Source of the DNA: Paraspadella gotoi | Lineage: Eukaryota; Animalia; Chaetognatha | Direction: 5' to 3' | Assembly (NCBI GenBank): GCA_051294375.1 | Contig: CM119267.1 | Location: forward strand, 25,059,783-25,123,782 | DNA length: 64,000 bases | Shown: piece by piece, positions 1 through 11,077 of the stretch | Position numbering within the stretch: the first letter of the stretch is position 1 | How the letters are laid out: each line of letters opens with the position of its first letter | Position numbers and translations under genes: made by a program | The notes under the pieces: generated by a model | Databases searched by the model: none | The model's input: the letters and a program-made list of their open reading frames with translations, nothing else | Told to the model about the DNA's origin: nothing

Positions 1-3000
1 GGCCAAAGAGGTATCCGTCCTCGCGGTTGCCTTCAACCTAAGTAAATTGGAGAGGATTTGAAATTTGTTGAAAAAACGTTGATTAGCATTTAACAATGAA
101 AGACTAAACCCAGGACTGGCGGTGGTCGAGAACGGCCCCTTAATAATGAAAGACTCACCCAGGACTGGCGGTGGTCGAGAACGGCCCCTGAATAATGAAA
201 CTCACCCAGGGCAGGCGGTGGTGGAGAATGGCCCCTTAATAATGAAACTTACCCAGGGCAGGCGGTGGTCGAGAACGGCCCCTTAATAATGAAACTCACC
301 CAGGGCAGGCGGTGGTCAAGAACGGCCCCTTAATAATGAAACTCACCCAGGGCAGGCGGTGGTCGATAACGGCCCCTTAACAATGAAACTCACCCAGGGC
401 AGGCGGTGATCGAGAACGGCCCCTTCTTCCACGGGTTTCGTTTTCCCAAAATCGATCATCCAGACGCCGACGTCGCCGGCGACGTCGTGGACGAAGAGAA
501 GGCTGCTCCCGATCACCTTTAAGAAAAAGGAAAAGGATCGAAAGCGGGAGATGAAAGTAACAGGGACATATGTCGCACGGGAAAGAAGGAGAAATTGAAG
601 AAGGAAAAAGTGACAAAAAGAAGGGAAAGAAAAAGGAAACGGAATTTAAAAGGAAGGGAAAAGAGAAACGGAAAGGGGAAAAAGAAATAGGAAATGGAAC
701 AAACAAGGAACTCACCTCGTGACTCTTAAAAAAGGAGGATCCTTCCAATGTGTCTCTCAGGGAACGAAGCTTCTTTAAGTAGGCACGCTGCAGCTTTGGC
801 GAGGCATCGGTGAAGCGGCGAATCTGGTCAGAGACATCGGCGACCGACTTTAGGGCTTTAAAGTCTCGAGAGGCAGTCCCGTCAGAGAGTTTGATGGCCT
901 CCACTCTGAGAATGGATGGGGCGGAAATAATATTAGAGTCGTTAACCTAAACTTTTACAAAATGAGCTGCTCCACCTGAACCCCAAGTTGCTCGTCGAGG
1001 AGATAGTCTCCCTCCAGATCATGTATCGCGGTTTGGTGACGGCCTCTTCCTTTCGCTCCTCCTCCGTCGGCTCCTCGGGGTCAACGTCGATCATCTTCTG
1101 GAACATGTCCTTCCGCGGTTTGGCCTTGAGTCGGGCCAGGGTCAACTCCTCCTCCAAGTAGGTCCTCGTCCCCATTTTGCAGTCCATGATGGAGGGAGAT
1201 TCGAAGTCGATGAGAAGGTCCTGCATCTGGACGTAGAGTTCGTCCTCCTGGATTGACATACATTTACATTCGGGTAAATTTTTTTAATTTAATTTAATTT
1301 TTTTTTAATAAATATTGAAGAGGGTCGCATAAAAAGAGGAGAATAGGAGAGATGAAGATCGAGAGAGAGCGAGAGATCGCCGGATACTACAGTATAATAT
1401 TTAACAAAAGGGTTTGTACCTTCTCAACTCGACCGCGGAACTCTGGCACAAACGGCTTCAACACGTCGCTCATCAACAGTTGGAGAGCGCGCTCTTCGTT
1501 TTCGTTGTGCTTCTTGAGGATTGTGCCAAGAGCCTCTCCCGCTTTAAAGTTGCCCTGGAAAGAAAAAACCTTACCTTTAGTAAGTTAATAAAAGAAATGA
1601 AATTTTGAATAAAAAGATGAGACGGGTAAGAATTTTAATCAAATTATCTTGCGCGAGTCGAATCTCTTCGATATTAACCCTTCCCTCTCTTAATCTTTCC
1701 TCCCTTTCCGCATATCACCTGATGTCCGGCTAACTGAATCCACGGGTATTGCCTTTTCTTAAAGGATTGCACGAAGGGGGACCAGGCCATCACGTTCCGA
1801 ATCTTGCGCCAACACGAGGGCGACTTTCGGTGAGCGGTTTCCTTGACGACCGGGCAACCCAACATCGCCGAGGGTTGTTCCGGCGTTGACGGCGACGACG
1901 GCGTCGAGAGAGAGTCCTTCGACGACTGGCGCTCCTTGACGTCGCCCCCGAATCGGCGACGAACGGCTTCAAAGATGGGAGACTGCGACCGACGTCTGGG
2001 ATTCTTTTCCTCCGGAGCGAGAGACTTGGATTTAGTGAGTCGCGGCGCCCGATTCGATCGCTTCGTCGGCCGCGGTTCTTCCGTCGAGCGATCGGCGTCA
2101 CTTTCTCCGCTCCGAGCGCCGCTCAACTCGTCGCACGACGAAGCGTTCGACGCCGAAAAGACGTTCCCGCTCCCGCCACTCTCACCGCTGCCGAGCGTCG
2201 GCGAAAGTGGTTCGGAGAGTGGCGAAGGAGCGGGAAAATCAAGACTAGTAGATAGTTGGGTGGAGGAGGAGAGGGAAGACGTGGGCGAGCATCCGGAAGG
2301 GAGAACGGCGGCGTTTGCTGCAACCATTCCACGCAGTTGTCGATCAAAGTCGGCCAGATCGAGGGCTGGCGGAGAAGTCGTCGGCGTAGACGTTGATTTA
2401 CGGAGGACTCGACCGGCGCGGGGCGCAGCTGCCTCGACCAAGTCTGGGGTCTTGGACTCATCCGGGTCGTCCTCTTCCGGCGCCGCAAGGAAAGAGTCGA
2501 CACCAAGTCCCGAGTCCGGCGCCGAATGATCAGAAACGACGAGCGATGGCACCGTATTGAGACGCGGCACCGGAGGGTCCATCGCGGCGCCGCCCGTGTA
2601 GTTGTCGCGTGGGAAAGAGTAAGAGACGGAAAGGGGTTTCGGCGAAGGTCCTCCGTTGACCGAAGATGGCGAAGACGAGAACGACGACGGCGACACCGAA
2701 GCGGGCGACGCGGATCCACCGCTCGATGTGAGGACGTAGAGAGGAGGTTTTCTCTCGACGACGCCGGCTGTGGGCGTGGAAGCGTCGGCGGAAGCAGAAC
2801 GCTCGGCGCCGCGACGACGGGCGGAGGGGAAGATGGAGGAGGGGCGGCGAGAGGGAGTGGAGCCGGATGGAGCGGGGGAGATGTCGGGGGCGTGGCTGTC
2901 GCATCCGGGGAGGCAGGCGAGGGATGGGCAGGCGGACGAGACGAAGCCTGAAGAGGCTGAGAAATGACGGGGGAAAAGGAAAAAAATGCTAAGAATCAAG

Positions 3001-6000
3001 TATACTCGAGGAATACAGCGTTGACAACTTGACAAGTTATCCCCACCAGAACAAGATGCGCCGTCGTCCCCAGCGAGTCCGGATTGACTCTCGCCAGATC
3101 CGCTTCCGGGGTCGGCGCCCCAGCTCCGTCTCGTCTGTCGACGGCGCGGAGTCGGCGCCGTTTCGCCCGATTCGCCCGTCGACGGGGACGCCGCTTCGCC
3201 ACTGGGATCGCCTTTTTTTCAAAAGGTAAATTTTTTTCATAAATTAAAATTATCTTTTTTATAATACCTACACAGTAGACAAGGATAATTTCAAGCCATT
3301 TACCTTCGACGTTGCCCGAATCCACAGAGGAGGCGACGGAGCCATCGTTGGAAAAAGATCCTTGATGAACGACGCCGGCGCCTCTCGTTCCGTCGCCGGC
3401 GACGCCGCCTTCTCTTTTCGATGGAATGAATCCGTCGGCGTCGCCAAAGAGCCCGCCCAGTCCCAACCGACGCAAGAGGTATTCGTGGCTGTTGCTTTTC
3501 TTCCGTCTCATCCACCTCGGATAAAAAGAACGACGACGACGACGACACGTTACATATAAAACATATAAATAACATATGAAAACACAAGAAGGATTTACTG
3601 ATACCTAACCAGTAAGTTAAAATAACGGAATAATTCAGGAATTTTATCACATTCATTTTTTTCATTATATCATAAACGATACTCCAAGAGCGTGAGCGAA
3701 CGCTTGCTGTTCGTCGTTGTTGTTGCTGTCGTCGATGATATTGTGGCGGTATATTCACACCGCCTCACGTCTACCATCCGTCAGCCAAATCCATTGGCTC
3801 AGAGGGGGAACACACCATCCCAGGCGTAGTGTTCCATCCACAGTCCTAACGACTTCCCTCTGCGTTGGCAAAGCGAGACCGTCCTAGGGTAACCGCGCCA
3901 GTGACTGGAGGCGTCACTGAGGGTCGGAAGCCCCCAAAGCCAACAGTGAGATGCCCCATCCCAATGGGCATCACAGGCAACCCGGCTGTTGCCATAAGTG
4001 GTGAGCCCTACTATCGAACACGCAACCTTCTCAGGGTACGCTACGACAAACGCCTATGCCCTGCCGACTTCGGGTACGCTACGACAAACGCCTATGCCCC
4101 TGGGGTACGCTACGACAAACGCCTATGCCCCACAACTCGCGCTCTCTCTCTCTCCCACTATGGTAACAGTCTTGTCAGACACCTCTCAGGCTTGAGGAAC
4201 CTGAGTGATGTCTTGGCCCGGGGATCCTGTGGCGGTATATTCACACCGCCTCACGTCTACCATCCGTCAGCCAAATCCATTGGCTCAGAGGGGGAACACA
4301 CCATCCCAGGCGTAGTGTTCCATCCACAGTCCTAACGACTTCCCTCTGCGTTGGCAAAGCGAGACCGTCCTAGGGTAACCGCGCCAGTGACTGGAGGCGT
4401 CACTGAGGGTCGGAAGCCCCCAAAGCCAACAGTGAGATGCCCCATCCCAATGGGCATCACAGGCAACCCGGCTGTTGCCATAATATAATCTTTTTTTAGG
4501 TAATCAAATTACCGTTAAAGTGTGACCAAAATTCACATTCAAAGTATTTAGTAGCCCACCTTTCTACCTTTCTACTTGAAAGGTGCAGTTATGGTGGACT
4601 AAAATCCACCAACCGTTCATCAGCGGCCATTGGTGCCGGAGGCAAGTCATTCGCCTCCCAACCCAAAGGTCCGGGGTTCTAGCCCGGTGGCCGCCTAGCA
4701 GTTAAGAGGGATGGGGCGCTTAACCCGCCTGTAACATGGTGTTACAGCCTGATCCAAAGCTCAGGGACTGCTTATATTGAACGGTTCTGTCATTAACACT
4801 TATCAATAATTACTGTCTCTTCACAGTATAAGCTATGAGTTATGAACATTTAAAAACAGACCGTCCGACCCAAAAGTGACCTAGTATAGAGTTGCTCCAC
4901 GATTACACGCGACTAAAAATTTGAGTGAAAAAACATTTGGGAGTCTCGTCTTCCTTCTGCCCACGAACCTCGGGAGGTGCGGAGAAAGTCGCGACGTCTT
5001 GACGACGAAAGCGGCAGAGGTTGCGGCGGGGGTGTTCTCGCCGCCATCGCCGCCAACCCGAGCGTCGACGTCGCCCCTCAAACTCCTCAGATCTTCGGAA
5101 CTTCGAGGCAAGACTCTACGAGCGTCGCTCGAGAGGAATGGTTCCGCTCCAGACTCGTCGGAAGTCACGACCGTGACGACGCCATCCATGTCCGGGGAGA
5201 CAACCGCCTCCCGAAGACTCTCCAGCTGCCCCGTCGACGCGGAGCGGTAGACGCTGCCGCGGCGTGGAGCGCGAAGGGCGAGTTCGGGTGGAGATGGAGG
5301 AAGATTGGAAGCGGCGTCCTCGAAAGTTTCGTCAGGCGAATCGCGTCGGTCGAAACTCGTCTAATAAATTGCTTATTATTTGTTTATTATGTTATAAACT
5401 TTATTTTTGTTGTGTAGTAGGATTATAGAAAAGTTTGAAAATTGTTTTCGACAACGTTTTTTATTTTTAGAAGAAAAACGGATATGTTTCGGCTTGAAAT
5501 TAAATTTAGGCAAGCCGAAACATGTTAGTTTTTCTTCTGAAAAAAAAATCGTTGTCGAAATTAATTTTAAAACTTTTATCTATTTGTTTATTGTATTATA
5601 TGAATTAATAAATATTAAATAAGCTACCAGGAGAACCAAGGAAACTGGCTTCAAAGAAAAAGTTGTAGGATCTGAACTCTTTGTCCGATTTTTATGAAAA
5701 AGCTTTTTAATAATAAAAAAAAAAACCTGTTGGTTTTATTAGAAATTTAGTACCCCCTTTTTTAGGTTTCGCAATGCGGAATCCGCATCCCAAAAATCAC
5801 GTAGTACGAAATCTGGATGATAAAAACTTCCGCGAACAAAATTCCATTAATGTTGCGCCGTTGTTCCTGACCCACTTCACAGACACTAAAAGTAACAAAA
5901 CCAAAACCTTTTGAAGGTTCATCAAGGGATATCAACAAAACAGTAGTTCTTCAAGGTGTGGCAAAGTGCAAGTCAATTTTACAGTCAAAACGCAGGAGAA

Positions 6001-7144
6001 CAAGTTTGAGCAAACAATGCCGGATCTGCCCACGATCATTAGCGGTAAGCGGCTGATCAGATAATTAATTAATTTTTTTTATTCGTGTCAAAATTGTTTT
6101 CCACTTTGTCTCGCTTCTCAATCACAAAACAACAATCTCGATCACAAAATTAATTAATTACAAATAATTAATTACTTATTTATTAATAATTAATTAATGC
6201 AGATTGAATTTACATTTAATATAAAAATAGTAAAATTGATTGTTTTTTTTATTTTAACTCATTTCCACTTGGACGATTCCATCGAAACTTTATTTCCTGC
6301 TCAATCACACACTTTCCTATATGTGAATGCCCGACAAGATTGGGGCGGTGGACCGACGGGCCGACAAAGGGAATTATACAGCGGGGATCTGCTGTAAGCA
6401 GATCCGGCTAAAAAAGTTGATCCGGAAAAAATTCGAGCGTCCCATGCTAACTTGAAAGAGCAACCTAAACTTTGGCTTGCTGCTGCGGGTAGACACGGTA
6501 GGTTAGCCATGGAAAGATGCTACAAATAAAAACTAACACGATTTGTGATTGTATTGCGCTATGGGTGAAATTTATATTTAAATTTAATTTAAATTTATAT
6601 TAAAGTTTTTTAGGGTCAGTTTCGGTGGCTCTCCCGTTATCTTGCCCCTGACTTTGGACATTTTGGACAGGCTTTGGTGGCTTTAGGCCTCTATCACTAA
6701 CAAGATAATATAGCATTTGAATTATGGAGAACATAAAGCAAATCCCTTCCTCCTTACCGACACAAACTTGGTCGCCTTCGAAGCATCAGTCAGACTCGTC
6801 AAGATTCTCTCCGACGATTTAGAGAGAGAATTGTGACGATCTTCGCCGACGAGCGACGGAGATGATCGTCGCGACGCCAACTTCGCCAAAAGGTTATCGA
6901 CGCTCGACGACTTTTTCTTCGTCGTAGAATTAGCGAGCGACGCCGCGTCTCTCACTACTTGCGACGACGCCGTCGGGGAAGCGACGACCGACGCCGCGAC
7001 GCCGAGAACGCCTACGCCGCCGGTCAAAGAAGCGACGGAGGAGAAGCGAGGCGCCGGGCGACGAGGTGTCGACTCGACGACGTCGCTCTTGTCATCGCCG
7101 TCTTCGAGGCGTTCGCGAGACGCCGACCGCTTCCAGAGCGGCAT
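1..7144 (-). CDS. Inositol-trisphosphate 3-kinase (ITPK/IP3K family), multi-exon, 3' end runs off the window
   Basis: Phase-consistent exons: 7144-6758, 5360-4969, 3515-3304, 3211-3047, 2956-1719, 1554-1420, 1247-976, 905-716, 516-394, 37-<1. Kinase motifs: WIQLAGHQ|[24 protein letters not shown] (PxxxDxKxG), [39 protein letters not shown]|[12 protein letters not shown]. The 5' exons encode a low-complexity S/R/P-rich region and are less certain. Confidence 0.93.
90..425. repeat. 47-49 bp tandem repeat (~7 units) copying the ITPK exon end plus its 5' splice site
   Basis: Unit ttaataatgaaactcacccagggcaggcggtggtcgagaacggcccc; on the minus strand it reads GGGGCCGTTCTCGACCACCGCCTGCCCTGG|GTGAGTTTCATTATTAA. 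Confidence 0.95.
3742..4482 (+). mobile_element. TRIM (miniature non-autonomous LTR retrotransposon) in an ITPK intron
   Basis: Two 255-bp LTRs (3742-3996, 4228-4482), identical on manual comparison, with TGTGGC..GCCATA termini. 4-bp TSD ATAT (3738-3741, 4483-4486). PBS-like TGGTGAGCCC 2 nt after LTR1. 231-bp non-coding interior with three copies of a 28-bp repeat (4034, 4072, 4103). Confidence 0.93.
4623..4790 (+). mobile_element. tRNA(Gly-CCC-like)-derived SINE or structured pseudo-tRNA
   Basis: Acceptor-like stem GCGGCCA/TGGCCGC (4623-4694), A-box-like TGGTGCCGGAGG, B-box-like GGTTCTAGCCC, loop CTCCCAA with a broken anticodon stem, followed by several hairpins. Confidence 0.6.
5999..6412 (-). 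mobile_element. HINE/DINE-1-like rolling-circle element, family A (short copy)
   Basis: Ends aacaagtttgagcaaacaatGCCGGATCTGC and ggggatctgctgtaaGCAGATCCGGCtaaaa: subterminal inverted repeats plus terminal hairpin. Same family as 25410-26540 and 42104-42788. Confidence 0.75.
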
Positions 7145-8721
7145 CTCTGTAAGAGCGTGACACTCTCTCTTTCTCTCTCTCTTTCCCTTTTGTCGGCGTG
7201 AGAAAAAGTCAGTTTCGCTTTTCCCTTATAGGCGGCGCTGCAAATCTCGAGAAACGAAAACGAAAAGTAGAATTCGTCATCTTAGACTTACGCCGAAACG
7301 TAGTCTTGATCGATCCGGTTTTTTTTCCAACCCGTTTCTGTTCAAAGGATCAGATTCTCCCGACGAAAATCAGAGATCAACTTCTGTTTCGCTTCAAAAA
7401 AGAGAGACCAGACGTTTTTTCCCTTCACATTTATTCGTGTTTCCGGCGGCCAAACTTATCAATAATAACACATTCATTTTTTTTTTGGGGGGGGGGCTCG
7501 GTCGTAAACGTGACAAAGTTTATTCTTGTAGCTCAGCAGAGTTAATAGAGAAAAAGATAAGGCAGGGTTCGGTTACTCTTGTCGTTGTCGTTATTGCTAT
7601 CGTTTTTTTTCTTCCGTCGCTTTTAAAGATGAATTTGATGAGTTATAGTCCTGTGTATAACAGATTTAGTTTACAAAAAAAAAGAGAACAAAGCTATTTT
7701 TCCCCAAAAAAGCATAAACCGACGACCGCCGATTCTTCTACAATTAAATAACCTTTATCAACAAAGCTTTTAAAATATCGTTACAAACGACAGGGCAGTC
7801 CGAGTCGTTATACTCGGACTGCCCCAATGGGGATCACTCGATTTTTTTCGTCAATGATATTTAGTTCATTATAATTATTTTTAATATTTCTTTTAATTTA
7901 AAACCATTTTGCCTTTGTTAATATAAATATAACAGTTATGCAAGTAGTGTCGCGGCCCTTCAGAATTCTTTAGGGACTGCGATTGTATAAGAGAAGAGAG
8001 ATCCACATTGAAAGAAGACTCACGCATTTTAAATTAATGTCGCAAAATCCAAGTTTTGACTACCGTGCATAAAATGGGGAGATCCGAGTTTATCGAAAGA
8101 AACGCAAAAAAGAAAAGGAACGTTTCTTTTCTTTCTCTTTTCTATTTCCGCACTACTTTTCAATCCCTGAGGGAAGGAGCGATTGAAAAGGAGCGACGGA
8201 GGAAAGAGTAATCGTAGTAAAAACCGAGAGCGGAAAAGACATTTTCCACAAGAGGCACTTTTGGGAAATGGGGCGCGCCAAAATAAAACATGGCCGGCCG
8301 AATCGTTAACGTATCGCTATGATATGAATCACAAAATTTTTAAGTAAACCCAAGATGATGTCGTCTCCTTGAATCGTGACGAACGAATCATGCGAATCGC
8401 GAACAGCAAATAAAACTAAATGGATGAGGAAGACTACAACGCGAAAAAACCCACAACCAAAGAATATATATATATATATATATACGCGCGAGAATTAGGC
8501 GAGATATTATTTAAGTATTTAAGTACAGAAATAATTTAGCGAACTACGAAGGTTTCGTTTTTTACTATATAGCTGTAGTAAAATGAAAGGCTGTCAACAT
8601 GGGGACAAGAACAATAGATTTATAAAAATCTAATCATGAAGCGGATTTCATTAAAATCCTCAGCAAATAAATGATTAACGGTCGGAGGAAGAAAAAAAAA
8701 TACTCGCTTGTCAAAAAAGGA

Positions 8722-8772
<51 letters not shown>

Positions 8773-9100
8773 GCATTCTATGCGGATTTGACCAAATATT
8801 AAAAAAATCTACGCGGTAGAGGGCATTTTCTCGAAAAAGATAGATCGAAGAGACGGATCTTTATCGTTAGTGTGGTTGAGCATTGTCATGGTTGAAGGAT
8901 CGATCAGCACCATAAACGAACGAAGCCCGCAAATGAAAAGAAGCGGCGTTTTTATACGCGACGCAATCCCTGCCCCTTTCGCGTTTTGCTTCATTTCAGA
9001 ATATTAACTAAAAAGGGTGCGATGCCCGATGTGGCACGATGTGCCGCATAGCGCGAGAGGCAAAGAGGACGTCGCCAACACACAGCCATCCTTCCGGTTC

Positions 9101-11042
9101 TCAAAAGGCGGACTTCCTGCCGTCGCCGCGATGGACCCCGTAGCCGGGTTTTCCCGTGATCCAATCGTCGTAACTCTGCTGCTCCGGACTGACGTAAAAA
9201 TAAGCGTCGTCGTCGTCCTCGGCGCCGCAGGAAACGCAGCACCCGATCGTCAGCCAAAGAAGCTGCAGAACCAGCAGTGCGCAAAGGACACCGCCTTAAT
9301 AAGATATGTTTTAATAGAGTTAATTTGAAAGTTTTTTCCTGCACCTGCAACAGGTAAATCGGGGATTAATTATAAGGAATGCGTCCTAATCTAAACGAAG
9401 CCTTAATCACGACTCTCCAATCCTCACCCGTCAAGTAAAGCGTATTTCTGACGAAAGTCCCCGCATCGTCGCGCTTCTCGATGCTTTCGCTTTTCCAGTA
9501 AAACGTCGTCAAGTCGTTAAAGACTGAAGAAAAATACAGGAAGGTAATCACCCTCTCATTTTTAGTTGATTGAAATTAGAAATGGGAAAATGTTATTTTA
9601 ATAAATGATCGAAACTAACTCTGATTGGCGACGTCTTGCAGGTCGAACCACTTCCAGTTGATCTCGTGGTCCGGTCGTTTCGTCGTGTTGGTCGAGATAT
9701 ACGCGTCTTCGCTTTGCCCGTCGGTCCCGACGAACAGGATCCAGCCTGAAAGGGAAAGAAGGAAAAGGGCGAATGAGTTGAGCCATGACGAATAAAAGAG
9801 ATGAAAATCACGAAAAGGATTACTATAAAATTGTTACAAACACTATAAAATTATCTATTTATTCAGACTTTGGACAGGCTTTGGTGGTTTAAGGCTTCCA
9901 TCACTCTTACAAGACATAGCAGGTCTGTTTCACAGTCACGTTCATCCACTATAATTGTATATTAGAATATTGTATATTGTATATAAGAAAACGACTAAAA
10001 GAAACCAGGGCGACGACAAAAAAAAACAAAAAAAAAAAACAAAAAAACATACAAGGGTTGGAACACTGATAATTGATCAAGGATTGAGAGAGCGAGACGG
10101 ATGGATTTGAAAGTTATAAAAAAAAGGGGGCCGGAAATATATGAAAAAAAATCTTAAAAAGCATAAGGATCGTCGCAATTGCATAATAAAAATCTGGATT
10201 GACGACAAATTTTTATACTAAAAAAAATCAAATTTGAGAAAAAAAAACATTTATAAACAAAGAAAAAGAAAAAAAAATATAAAGAAAGGAAAGAAAGAAA
10301 AGAAAGAAAAAAAGAAGAAAAAAAAAAGAAAAGAAGGAAAGAAAAAATAGAAAGGAAAGAAAGAATGAATAGAAAGGNNNNNNNNNNNNNNNNNNNNNNN
10401 NNAAAGGAAAGATAATGAAAGGAAAGAAAAAGAATAGAAAGGATAAGAAAGAATAGAAGGAAAGAAAGAATAGAAAGGAAAGAAAAAATAGAAAGGAAAG
10501 AAAAAAATAGAAAGGAAAGAAAGAATAGAAAGGAAGAAAGATAGAAAGGAAAAAATAGGAAAGAAAAGAAAATAGAAAGGAAAAAAAATAGAAAGGAAAG
10601 AAAGAATAGAAAGGAAAGAAAGAATAGAAAGGAAAGAAAGAATAGAAAGGAAAGAAAGAATAGAAAGGAAAGAAAGAATAGAAAGGAAAGAAAAATAGAA
10701 AGGAAAGAAAAATAAGAAAAAAAGGAAAGAAAAAATAGAAAGAAAGAAAAATAGAAGGAAAGAAAAAAAATCTTAAAAGCATAAGGATCGTCGCAATAGC
10801 ATAAGAAAAATCTGGATTGACGAAAAATTTTGATACTAAAAAAAGAAAATTTGAGAAAAGAAAATTAAATTATAACAAAGAAAAATTCTATTGGCGATTG
10901 TCAATATAAAAAAAAAATAATAAAGTACGGAAGAAAATTAAAAATACAGTTTCTGAAAAATAGCAAAATGATAACATGCACGAATGCGATGCCTAAATTT
11001 ACGAGTTCAATCCTAATTCATTTTGTTTTTTAATAAAAACGC

Positions 11043-11077
<35 letters not shown>

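Noticed and set aside
90-425. CRISPR-like array
   Set aside because: Head-to-tail units with no unique spacers; derived from the ITPK exon/intron junction; eukaryotic DNA with no cas genes.
4034-4130. Three 28-bp direct repeats as a mini-CRISPR
   Set aside because: Spacers are only 10 and 3 nt; these are internal repeats of the TRIM.
3865-4335. 156-aa ORF in the TRIM (and ORFs at 57156-57576)
   Set aside because: Non-ATG start, no gag/pol motifs; a by-product of GC-rich LTR sequence.
4560-4625. Hammerhead on the minus strand (CTGATGA followed by a hairpin)
   Set aside because: No GAAA after the stem and no cleavage triplet in place.
4623-4695. Functional tRNA-Gly gene
   Set aside because: The anticodon stem does not pair and the D and T arms are out of register; treated as a SINE head.
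8722-8770. Long poly(A) as a retrocopy tail
   Set aside because: No recognisable upstream element body or TSD.
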